A DNA stretch of 59,772 nt, counting the filler, from Sphacelaria rigidula (taxonomy: Eukaryota): NCBI GenBank assembly GCA_964200075.2. It is 6 parts of 6 records of this genome, joined end to end, with 100 filler letters (N's around TTAATTAATTAA, not from the genome) between each part and the next. Parts side by side here need not be neighbours in the genome. Positions count along the whole stretch, not along the records: positions 1 to 9,879 come from CAXNAA020007565.1; positions 9,980 to 19,858 come from CAXNAA020007566.1; 4 more parts are not named here. The stretch is one strand, 5' to 3'. The notes beneath the pieces were generated by a model. The model was not told the origin of the DNA, made no database searches, and saw nothing but the letters and a program-made list of their open reading frames with translations. Below, one piece after another: positions 1 through 10,787 of the stretch (position 1 is its first letter; each line of letters starts with the position of its first letter). Position numbers and translations under genes: made by a program.

Positions 1-16
1 AACCCTAACCCTAACC
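1..16 (+). repeat. Short telomere-type (CCCTAA)n tract; similar interstitial tracts at 29324-29344 and 32144-32163
   Basis: About 2.5-3.5 exact CCCTAA units each; too short to call a chromosome end. Confidence 0.7.
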
Positions 17-2553
17 ATAGGGATATTCAAATTCCGATGCGGTCCTCTAAGCACGCGGTCCTCTCACGCATTACAGGATGTCGGCATTCCATCGAATGCT
101 TCGTTCCATTGTTTCGTTAACTACAGCAGTATCGCCATCACGCCATTTATTCAAGACTCTTGATTGGCGGCGAAAATAATGATTTGTCGCGTGTCCAAGA
201 AACTTGGTACCGGGGCATGATATCATACAATAAGCCTGCCGTGGTGATGACTCGTGTACATTCGCCGCATAGATGCAAACATCGTGACATACATCTGAAA
301 GACGTTCAGCAGCACAGCAGAGTATAGTACAGCAGCGCAGTCAATAAACATTTCTCATAAGGTGATGGGACTCGTGAGCCATCTTACAACCGCGGGCTTG
401 ATAGGTTGTGTATATGTTTATACAGCATGTCCGTTGGCTTTACTGACATTTCAGAGCACAAATATGCCCGTGTCAAAACCGTGGCACTTCGAGGCGAGTG
501 CCTTCTACAAAGATTGTTCTGTGTCATGGGTGTACAAACAGGAGTACCGTGCCTACACGGTACACAGGTGCCTGCAGTCTACTACTGCATCGTGGTGTTA
601 TAACAACAGAGTCTGCACTGTATACAGTATACAGTAATCTGTGGTCTGAATGTATGTTGTTCTATGTAAAATACAACACTTAATGTACCGTCAGTAATCG
701 CGCCGCGGTCGCGTTTGTTGGTGCGGAGCAATTGGCCTCTCGTCTCTCGTCGTTTCCCCGTGCCTCCTACAGTACAGTATGTTGTTGAGGTCGGCTCGAT
801 CACACGCACGCAGATTCTTGTACGCTATCCAAGTAGTTAGAAAAATATATCACATCGAATAATTCATGGCTCGCGCTTCCCGTGGAAGAGGGGTGGGTAG
901 TAAGTGGGGGTTGCCAGTGGGGTGTCCGAAATACCCGGCTACGGGTACCCTCGCCGAGCCCGCACTTTTTAGGCGTCACGGCGTCACCAACAACACCGCG
1001 GAAACAGACGCGTCTGCGATTCGAACTGCTTCTAAACGCAATTATTCATGTGTGCTTCCAAGAGAAGCACTCAAACATAAATCAAGGCATTTTCGTTCGC
1101 GGGTTACACGCGCTGAGTACAGCGGACTGGACATGACGCCTGTTCGCTTCCTGGGCAAATGATTAATTGTATCGCTCGTCCCGACGTGCGTGAACTTCAG
1201 TGATTTTTTTTCCTGAAGCGAACAGTAAGTTTACACATGGAACCATTGAGCACTCGATGTTCATATTATGTCAAACTTTCCTTCCACGATATATCATGCC
1301 GGGACTCGAACCGCATATCTTTTGTTTAGGGGGCGAACAGTGTATCCATGAACCTGTAAACGCTCACCAGTTCAATGGGTAAACGGCCCGCTTCCCGGGC
1401 AGCCCCTGCCTCTGATAAGTGACGCCACTATCCTGAATACAACGCACCACACGGCCCTTGTGGCATGTGAAGTGAGGAGATATGACTTGCATGGTATTTG
1501 ACGTTTTGCGTTCGCACAGCACTTGCGCACCAATGTTGCCTGCTGAAAACAGCTCCCACAATCAAGCCCGCAGGCCCAAGAAGACCAGTAAAAGCCATGT
1601 GTGATGGGCTGCTGGCACTCTGAATGGCTTCCACCACAGACAAGGCCCGGCGGCTGACGCTGCCGTGCTCAGCGAGAGCGATCTCAGCCAAAGCAGTTGA
1701 TTCAAGGCCCTTTCCATAACGAGCAGGTTTTTCGCGTCAGATATTCGTGCTGACACGAGAACCAGTTGAAGTCCCGGCGTCTGAGTATACGTGTGCAACT
1801 TCGTTGGTTGGATTTACACTACACCCCTCTCCCCAACTTGGGTCCATTTTTCGTATGAAGAAGTTGGGGCGTCCTTTGCTTCCATCGTGATCAATATAGG
1901 AGCATAAAATAACACACCGAAATCACGAGCAGCTGCTTCTACATTGCGCTCCTTTGTAGAGCATGAAGGTAGCGACTACAAGCGACGCATGTCCAGATGT
2001 GAGACGGACCAAGGCCCATTATTATCGACAGTGTATTTTCGGAGACCTCCGGATTTTTTAGACATGTCGAACTCTGCGTTCGGGCTTCTCCAACAGTGAA
2101 GCGACTTGTTTGTTTCCCGAATCTTCATTTTTGGACAAGTCCGAAAATTCAAGACTGCAAACCAGCACTTCGGAGACCTGCCCTCCTGTGTGTAAATCAT
2201 TATGCCCACAAGCTCTTGAGAGTAATCAGTGTCCAAAATTTACGGAAATCTTCGAAAAAATGATGTGGATAGTAACGGGCCAAATGCACAACCACACATC
2301 ACCCTGTGCGCACCCGTGGACAGATGATAGCACCCTGTGGGGCGCAATGTGCAGGGGCCGTACAGGGTCCTCCGCAGTCTTTGTGAAAAATCCTGACGGT
2401 GAAAACGCAAATCTGTACCTGTCGTAGCGTTTTTGTCGAAGCCCTGCAAGCAACCCTGTGGAGAGACCCTCCTAACTTTGAAACTTCCAAATTATTGGGG
2501 GGGTTTTCATTCCAAACTATTTTGGTACACAATCTGTACATTTATTTATTTCA

Positions 2554-3065
2554 AATAGCTTGTCCTGCTGTCCGAGATAAACTCCTTTTTGCCTGATTCA
2601 AATCAGGCAAAAAGGAGTTTATCTCGGACAGCAGGACAAGCTATTCAGAACAGATCCTTTTCTCGCCCGATTTATTTGGGCAAAAAAAGGATTTATTTCG
2701 AACAGCAGAAGAAACTATTCGAAATAGATCCTTTTTTCGCCCATTTAAATTAAGCAAAAGACGGATTTGTTTCGAACAGCTTTTTCTGCTGCGCAAACCC
2801 CATGCACACTGACAGATTTGGAATTTTAACAGCAGAAGAAGTTCGAAATAAATCTTCACTTTACCCTCCAATTCACCCGGAAATTGGGCAAAAAGAGATT
2901 TATTGCGAACAGCGTCAGCTGGGCATATCCTGCATACTGCACCGCTATCAGCGCATGGGATCCGACACGCAGAAAAAAATGATAAAAGTAATTCATCCTT
3001 TTGCCCCTCAGTTAGTTCATGTCTACATGGGCTAAAGGATGAATAATTCTCAACAGCTTTTGCTG
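2554..3065. repeat. Cluster of five related stem-loops
   Basis: A perfect 45-bp-arm hairpin at 2554-2645 (loop CA) is followed by related imperfect hairpins at ~2641-2706, 2703-2791, 2830-2913 and 2969-3065. Consensus: CTRTTCGAAATAAATCCTTTTTGCCC-loop-GGGCAAAAAGGATTTATTTCGAACAG. Confidence 0.9.
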
Positions 3066-3481
3066 AATAGAGATCCAACACACTGATTACGAGTGTATGT
3101 CCACACGCCTACGAGCTTAGAAACGGTGTTTCGGCTCAAGCCGTCGATGCTGAATTGACGGTATATACCTTGCATATGAGTCCACATAGCTTATGAAAAC
3201 CCCGTGGTCCGCAGTCTTCCCAATTGGCTCCAAGGAGAGAAAATCTCTGTAAAAAATTGGCCCAAAGAAAATGAGTGGGGTATAGCCTGGTGGCTATGTT
3301 CGGGGTGTACTGCTAAGGACCCCAGTGCACACACTCTTGAGGGAGTGGGGGAGACGAGTAACTCTAGGGTGCGGTGAGAGTGACAATATTAGAGGTCCTG
3401 ATTGCAGTCAATAGAGCGCTGGCAAGGGGAGTTGCCCTCCTCGGAGTAAAACTGACGGAGATCGCACCCCCGACTAACTTT

Positions 3482-3571
3482 TGTGACGGTTCAAGAGACA
3501 ACCAACTAGACTACTGACCAGTCAGCGCTGACTGGTCAGCAGTCTAGTTGGTTGTCTCTTGAACCGTCACA
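3482..3571. repeat. Loopless 90-bp palindrome, copy 1
   Basis: TGTGACGGTTCAAGAGACAACCAACTAGACTACTGACCAGTCAGC|GCTGACTGGTCAGCAGTCTAGTTGGTTGTCTCTTGAACCGTCACA; 45-bp arms with 1 mismatch. Confidence 0.97.
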
Positions 3572-5430
3572 GATCTGGGAAAATGAGTGCACGGCCAAGA
3601 GGTGGAACGAAGGAGCAGGAGTAAACTTTTTTTTGAAAGGAGACAAGGCTGACCCAGCGAATTGCAGAAGGAAAACGCTAGTGAGCACCGTAGGGAAAAC
3701 ACATTCCAATGATTCTGAATGACTGGGTGGGAGCCATGCTGGAGAAAGAAGAAAAAATCAGCGAGGGGCAAGCAGGGTTAGACCGAACCGTAGCCGCGTA
3801 GACCATGTGTAGACATTAGGTGAGGTTATTCAAGGTAAGAACGACGCCAGGTAACAACGTATTGTAAATTTCTAGACGTATATAAGTGGGCTGTGGAAAC
3901 AGATGTGGGATATTGGGATCGAAGGGAAAATGTGGAGAATAGAGAATAAATGACAGACTGTGCGAGACGTGCTATGATGCTAGACGGAGAAATATAGAAA
4001 AAAAATCATACTTCACAAGGAGTTGCACAAGGATGTACGTCACCACCCATTACTCCAGGTATTTATTAATGACATGATGGTAGCAATAGAAGCAGCAAAG
4101 TAAGGAGTCAAATGGGGGAAGATACGGTATCGGGATTGATGTTCACGGGTGATTACGTGGGAATATGAGAAATGGAGAGTGACAGCGAACGTCAACAAAT
4201 GCGCGGTAGTTTTATGAAACGAAGATAAGTAAAACCTCGTAGAGTTCAAATGGAAGTGGGGAGAGGAGGAAATGCCGATCGTAGATCAGTATATATACCT
4301 TATCGTATAGATCTCAAGAACTGTTCTTGGGATGCACACATAAATAAAATAATAGAGCAGGGTAAGGCACCGATAGGCAGGGTGAACGTGATCCTCAGAG
4401 ACTTGCACCTCGATACGAGGATCAAGAGATGTATTCTGATGAATATGATTACAGTATTCCGAAGCTATACAGAAGTGTGGGAAGGGAACGCGAATTCGGC
4501 GAAGAAGCTGAAAACTCTACAGATAACGGCAGCTAAAAACATACTTGAGTGCTTAAAAACGATGAGTAACGCAGTATTGAGAGCAGAATTGGGAATGTAC
4601 CCACTTGAAACAAACAAAGACATGATAAAATTGAAATGGCGATATAACGTAAGGAACATGCCAAGGAAGAGATTGCCAGCCATAGTTGATAGGGCTGTAT
4701 GGAAGAAAGTAACGAACGAGCAGGCTGGAATAGGGTGGGATAGAGAAGTCGAGAGAAAGTATGGAAGGATATAGGAGGAAACCAAGACGAGAAGACATCA
4801 TAGGTGAATGTGGGTGGTACAAGACAAAAGTAGGAGCCATAAAAAATACAGGGGGGAAACAAGCGCCAAGACGGAAAGTAGACGAGGAAGAGCACCTGGA
4901 GATATACGGGGGGTTGAAGGAAGGGGTTGGATGAAAACATATCTGCGCGGCCCAATAGACCACACGAAAATGTTGAATGTGCGATTTCGGGTGAAAGAAG
5001 AGGTATACCAATAGCAGGGTGGAGGGGGGAGTAGATGAACAGAATTTCCCCTGTGGCAAAGCAATAAGGAGTAGGACTCATATAGTGGGAGAATGTGAAC
5101 TATAGAACTATACACAAGGAGGAGTGGGACATGTCAGAGGGAAAAATGCGGGAAGTTAACGAAGGTGGCATGAAATCGTTTCGTACAGTGGATAGTAGCG
5201 AGAAAAAGCGATCGCTGTACTAGGAAAATTGATCATGACCACAGACGGCGAAACAGGAAGGGGATGTGGTGTGTCGAGAGGTTTTTGTGCAATGTATGAA
5301 TGGGACGTAGTGAACGCCCAAACGTTGGAGGTGTCTATATTAGGAGGAGGGACGGCCCTCCGTCTCGAAAGGACTGCGTGGTCAATCGTCAGATGGCTAA
5401 AAAGCAAGCAAGAAATACGTACCCCCCCCC
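3572..5430 (+). mobile_element. Decayed, 5'-truncated non-LTR retrotransposon (LINE) reverse transcriptase plus 3' end (family A)
   Basis: Frameshifted RT motifs appear in order: IWENE..W..G, KGDKADPANCR..TLVSTVGKTF, ISEGQAGLRPNRS..DHV, FLDV, QGVAQGCT, FINDM, GLMFTGDYVG. These are followed by ORF 4250-4774 (SNAVLRAELGMYPLET). The element ends in AAGCAAGCAAGAAATACGTACCCCCCCC. Many stops. Confidence 0.92.
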
Positions 5431-5740
5431 GAGCCCCGTGGCTTCCAAGCAAATTTGTCCCACTCCGTTTTGCTTGCTCGTTGGGCTTCCTTTTCAAATT
5501 TTGGTATACAAACGTTCGTATTTGCTGACGTAAGCCCAAGCACGCTGACATTGCTCACAGTTTGAATGATCGGGTTGATTTTCGTTCAGAAACAGCCGAG
5601 CACACCCCATATCTCCATCGTGACTCCCCTCCATTCACGCATACATCTACTCCTTGCCCTTTTGTCCACCCACCCTTCCGGCCGCCCCCCTTCAACTCCA
5701 GATCCCACAGGCACAAAGTACTTCTGAGTGTTTTGAACAG

Positions 5741-8700
5741 GAGGAGCATGTTGCTCTTCATCCACCCTCGCTTGCGATCGTAATGTGGAACGTACTCTTG
5801 GCGGACACGGTGAGAGGGATCTATTTTCCGACGCTATGGCGGAACGTGAAGCGGATCAGCGGGGATGGTATTACTCTGGGCTTCTGTGTTGGCGCTTTTA
5901 GTCTCGGGAGGTGAGCAATGCGCGGAACCCACGAGAAATTCACATCAAGCACATATGCACATGTACTCGTTCGGATCATTCCGATGATGTTATGCGCAAT
6001 TGGAACGTTGAAAGTGTCGCCCGCAGACAATATTCTCGAATTTATTACTAGACGTTTGCACGATTGAACTTTTCAACAACAGCCACGAAACATGCTCTTG
6101 CATGTGTAGCCATCAGGGGGCTCTATATCGCGAATCCCAGCCCGCCGACACCAGCATGTCCAGTTTACAGGCTCGTGTATCTTAGTACAGCTGCGAAGTT
6201 TGGAAGGGAATACCGTTTTTGTGTGAGAGGTTGTGATACATACCCTAGGGACGGGGACTGTAACCTCACTGGAGTTGGTGGTGAAAGCACCACGCTTGGT
6301 GTTTAAATGGTCGCCAAAAACAAAGCTGCGCAAATGAGGCGCCATGTACTTGAAACTGCTGGCAATTTTCATCTGTTCGCGTTTTTTCATTTGCTGCTGA
6401 AAACGCGTCGCGATAATTATAATGAAATTATAATAAATTAATTTCGATATAATGAACAACTCCGAAATTTGGAGCTCGGATGCATATATTAATACGACGA
6501 CCCGTTATGCGCTCGAGTACAACCACACAGCGTACACAGACAACAACAACAACAACAACAATAACAATAACCACGACGACTATGAGCACCGGTCGCATCA
6601 CAAGCACCAATTTTCTCTGGCTTTCTCCGCCGCCTGTAAAAAGTGCTCGAGGGAATGTTTTTGTGCCATCGTAAGCTAACCACTGTACCAAACATGATTA
6701 ACTGCCTCCCGTGTCTCCCTCCGCTCCCATCACCCGCAATCAACAGTTCCCTCGTGTTTCTTGCCCATGTAATTACCGCTGCTGTTGGGTTGCCCCCAAA
6801 TCCCCTTCTTCACAAAATGCAGGACGATATTGAATCCAGTGCTTGGGAAAATTTCCGCGGATCATGGCTACAGAAGCGCGCTTCTGGTTGCGTGTACACT
6901 GGTGATGCTAGGAGCCGTCCTCTACGCTGCCGCTGGGACAATAGTGGAGCTGATCTTAGGACAGTTTATCATGGGGTCGGGGGCCGGAACGCTGGGGATT
7001 ACGAGGGCGTACGTGGTAGACAAGGGCACGGAGCTGCAAAGGACAGCTCTCCTAGCCTGCACAGTGTGAGGAACTTGGTTTTGCCTCCATGGCCTTGGCC
7101 TGCTGCGGTTCACGGTCCAAATGTCCTAGTTCGTCTATACCTGTTCAAGGAACAAAGCTACGATTCTCAAGAAGATGGTTTGCTTGTTCATCCAACCACC
7201 GTATCAAGAAAAGGAGAGGGTACCGCAATACTCAAGCGATTCATTTGCAAGCGGCGAAAGGGAATACCAGCGAGGGATTTAGTGACTACGGACCAGAGAA
7301 TTTCTCGCCGGATATTCGGTCCTAGACAGCAAGTGATGGCGCGGATTGATCGCGCTCAAACATTTATTTCAAATGAGAACAAGAAGATCCCGGGTGCAGA
7401 AGAAAAAAAGTTGAAAATTGCACGATCTAAGGCAGGTTTCAAGCGCCTTCGAAACGGTTACTTCACGTTTTGGCATTGTTCATTATTCGGAAATTCACTG
7501 GTGAATCCGTAGCCCTCACAGCGGTTTGTGCAACGAACGACGAATGTGAACCGCATGTCTACAGGCATTCCAATGCGGACTCTACAAAAACGATACTTGT
7601 AAGTGGTCTCAAGTATAAGCACATCATGCAGTTGCAGCTTCCGAATTCTGTCGTTTTTCAACTTCGAGCGGTGATACACCGCGAATGGTGGCGAATAGAG
7701 TCAGGGTTAGGTTGGATATCGTAAGAAGGCTCGGTTCCTGTTTTGCACAACGATGAAGGCAACGGTATGTACATGTGCACACATATCTGCGGGTATTCCA
7801 CAACGAGAGGCCAATCGCCTCGTTTGTCTTATTTTGCCAAATAACGTCTATGCCTTCACAATCTCTATTTCCTCCTCGTTTTTCTCCCGTTTGCTCTTGA
7901 TTCCGAAGCGATGCCGCATTACACTCCTCGGACACCGAAGCTCTCCCCCCGTTTCCACGCGCGGACCTTTCCCGTGGTTTTGTTCGTGTTTTTTCCCCCC
8001 AGTTTCTATATCTCAAAACTAAAATCTACACTCTAAAACTCGTCTACACAAGTCTAAACCGAGTCTACAGCAAAGAGAGGTTTCGTTGCAGTTTCTTTTC
8101 AGTTTGTATACCTCAAAGCTTGCAGCACTACACCTCCTAACACGTTCACGTAAGTCTGAATCAAGTGTAAAAGAAAGACGAGATTCCGGTGTGATTGCTT
8201 CCCAGTCTCTGCGCCTCAAAGCTCGAAGTTCGACACGTCAACAATTGTCTACGCACGGTCTACGGCTCACCACAAACCACTCGGTACAGCAACGCGTCAT
8301 CTCCGGTCGAGAGACCTGCAATACATATACAATCTAACTTTAAAAGGCGAGCGAAAGTCCCAAAAAGGAAAGCTCCCGTTGTGTTGAGGTGAAATTTCCA
8401 ATACTTCTACCGTCAATGACAAGTGTCATGGCCAACCTTTACGGAAACTGCTGTATTTTGTCCCACATGAAAGGATCAGGTCTAACAAAGCACCCCATTG
8501 TCGTGTATTTTACAACAGGTGGCGCCTGCTGCCGTTTGCTCTGCCTGCATGGTGCCGGTTTGATCCCCGTGGATTTAGCCTCAGCGTTTTACGGGGTAGT
8601 TTTGAGATGATGACAGAGTGAGGCGCTCACCTCCCCGCGTCGTTCGGGCAACCACTCATCCCCTCGCTCGAATTTGCTGTGCTTGCCGACACCACTCGGC

Positions 8701-8890
8701 AGATCCATGCAGTACGCCGGGTTCGCCTGCATGCCGCTGCTGGGCGGGTACTTGAGCTACGTCCTCGGGGACAGAGTTATACCAGTAGTCGGGAAAATCA
8801 TCGTCCTGAATGAGTTCACCGCTCCCTCCTTTGCTTTGGTCGGGGCTGGAATACTCTCGATGATTCTGCTGTGTTTCATCTTCAAGGACG
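5741..8890 (+). CDS. Major facilitator superfamily transporter, MFSD8/CLN7-like, partial (internal exons)
   Basis: Exons 5741 (or 5711)-5910, 6823-7065 and 8703-8890 have AG/GT boundaries and matching phases (2, 2; last ends in phase 1). Spliced product: EEHVALHPPSLAIVMWNVLLADTVRGIYFPTLWRNVKRISGDGITLGFCVGAFSLGR-TILNPVLGKISADHGYRSALLVACTLVMLGAVLYAAAGTIVELILGQFIMGSGAGTLGITRAYVVDKGTELQRTALLACTV-SMQYAGFACMPLLGGYLSY...FIFKD. It shows successive TM helices, an MFS motif-A-like GKISADHGYR, and the AFSLGR and TRAYV signatures of MFSD8-type proteins. Start and C-terminal half were not located. Confidence 0.9.
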
Positions 8891-9879
8891 GTGAGAGCTC
8901 GCTCTATAGTGCCGAGACACGAATTTGGGCGAAGAGGTAGCCTTTATTCTCCGGGAAAGCAAGCCTTTGTACCCACGAACCTATGGCATTTCATCGCAAA
9001 ATCTCGACGATATCTCTCGAATCAAACAGCCTGGGGCGGCGCGACAGTATGGTGTGGCCGCCGGAGCGCCGAGAACATGGGATCTAAAAACGTCAACACC
9101 CGGGTTGTGGAATATCCCGTCGTGCACAGTATTGGTGTCTGTGCAACCATAAATGAAGCACGTTTTGTGTATCAATACGTGCCACGTTTTCATAGGGTGC
9201 AGATCGGTGGACACAGATCAAAAATTTTATGGGGGTGTCACCATCCTGCAGCTAGTGGGCTAAACCGTGACCGTCGACCGTCAGCCGCACGCACTTCTCT
9301 GTTATTTTTTTTCCCATACCCACCACCCCGTCTTTGGAACGAGTCCGGAGTGTCAAGGCATCAGCCGTTCTCTCTCCGGGTACATACCTGCCATTTTGGT
9401 ACTGTGGGGTTAATGAGCACTCCCGCGCTGCGTCGGTTCTCGTTAAAATTTTGTGTGAATCATGTTCTCACGTTTTCAACCATGGAAACCAGCCGCTAAT
9501 GCTTCTCTGTAAAGGATTGTCTCTGCCGGGATCCAAACCCTCAACATTCCGCACAAGCCGGCTGTAGTTGTACCGATTTGGCCACCTGGACGCGTTACTC
9601 GGAGGAGAGCCATGAGCAAAATGGAACACAAAGCACCAGGTCCAGAAGCGCAACATTCAGCGAACAACCCAAACAAGATTACACACCACGCACATCATAG
9701 TGGACATGTGTGTTCATCACGCTCCTTCCGTTCCATATGGCGTGATCGACGGCGTTTGAATACACAATCATCCACACGAATATTCCAAGGGTCGGACAAA
9801 TCAATGATTCCTCTGGAAATTGCTTGGTTTCAGCGTTATTGATTCGAATCGTGCGAATCAATCCCTAGGCTTTGTTTTC

Positions 9880-9979
9880 NNNNNNNNNNNNNNNNNNNNN
9901 NNNNNNNNNNNNNNNNNNNNNNNTTAATTAATTAANNNNNNNNNNNNNNNNNNNNNNNNNNNNNNNNNNNNNNNNNNNN
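9880..9979. other. Artificial contig spacer N44-TTAATTAATTAA-N44 (also at 19859-19958, 29838-29937, 39817-39916, 49795-49894)
   Basis: Five identical 100-nt spacers, each with a 12-mer giving stops in all six frames. The six pieces are 9879/9879/9879/9879/9878/9878 bp, i.e. size-sorted unplaced contigs. Confidence 0.98.
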
Positions 9980-10051
9980 CCTCCCCCCACTTGATGGTCA
10001 TACGCTATGGCGTGGAAGATCATGAGTACACCCCCCCCACACACACACCCC

Positions 10052-10240
10052 TCCTGAAGTTTTTGTGCAACGTATGGAAGAAATGTAATGAGCTATGGAA
10101 GAATCGCAATGAGCGCCGGAATGCTGAAAGTGTCTCCAATAGGAGTAGGAACGGTGCTCCGTCTCAAAAGGGATGCGTGGTCAAGGGTCAAACGACAAAG
10201 GCAAGCAACAAATGAGTACGCCCCCCCCCCTCCTCCCCTA
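10052..10240 (+). mobile_element. LINE family A 3'-end fragment with oligo(C) tail
   Basis: Matches 5280-5430: ...GGAACGGTGCTCCGTCTCAAAAGGGATGCGTGGTCAA...GCAAGCAACAAATGAGTACGCCCCCC. Other copies: 19100-19230(-), 19632-19703(+), 39680-39740(+), 49970-50095(-), 54955-55082(-), 59696-59772(-). Confidence 0.9.
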
Positions 10241-10787
10241 CCTCTGGGTAAGTCCGCAGTTTCAAGAAATGCACTAACCTTTCCCCCGCGCCCCGGGATT
10301 TCGCCTGAAAGTCTAGCGTCGTTAATGGTATTCAGTTATTCCGCACTGCGTCAGAATCCGTCGATTTTCTTTGCTTCCCACACTCTCATGTTATCAGCGA
10401 CGAAACTCAGATTTTCCCGCTCAAACATAATCCAGTTTCTTCCATTGTTTCTTCCATGCTTCACTCCCTTGCCCTGATCTTCTTCGTGTTCAGCGAGAGC
10501 TTGCGTTTACGTTCACCGTGGGTACGCCTATCTCAACGATAATGACCGCGGCTGGGTCCCTCGGGGATCAACTATTGTGCGACAACGAATCAATCAATAA
10601 GCCAACCTTTTTTTCGGTGAGTATCATTCAGATCATCCGAGCGCGGCCTGTTTTTTTTTGTCTACACGCCTCTTTTTGCCTCTTCAAATCAGCCGTTCCC
10701 TCGCTCAGCTCACACGACACACGAACACGATATCGTGATATTGAACACCCTTTGATTTGAAATCCGTTTCACGACAAACTTGCTTAC

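Noticed and set aside
1..16. True telomere at window start
   Set aside because: Only ~2.5 units, and equally short runs occur internally; more likely a contig broken inside an interstitial repeat.
1270..1345. tRNA gene (B-box GGTTCGAGTCCC on minus strand)
   Set aside because: No convincing A-box or cloverleaf; at most a SINE head remnant.
2554..3065. CRISPR array
   Set aside because: Units are long palindromes with short variable loops, not identical repeats with constant-length unique spacers; eukaryotic context and no cas genes.
6643..7512. 289-aa ORF, the longest in the track
   Set aside because: It overlaps MFS exon 2 in a different frame and runs into intron sequence; no recognisable domain.
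9924..9935. TTAATTAATTAA as a biological motif or piggyBac target
   Set aside because: Identical in the centre of every N-run; synthetic linker.
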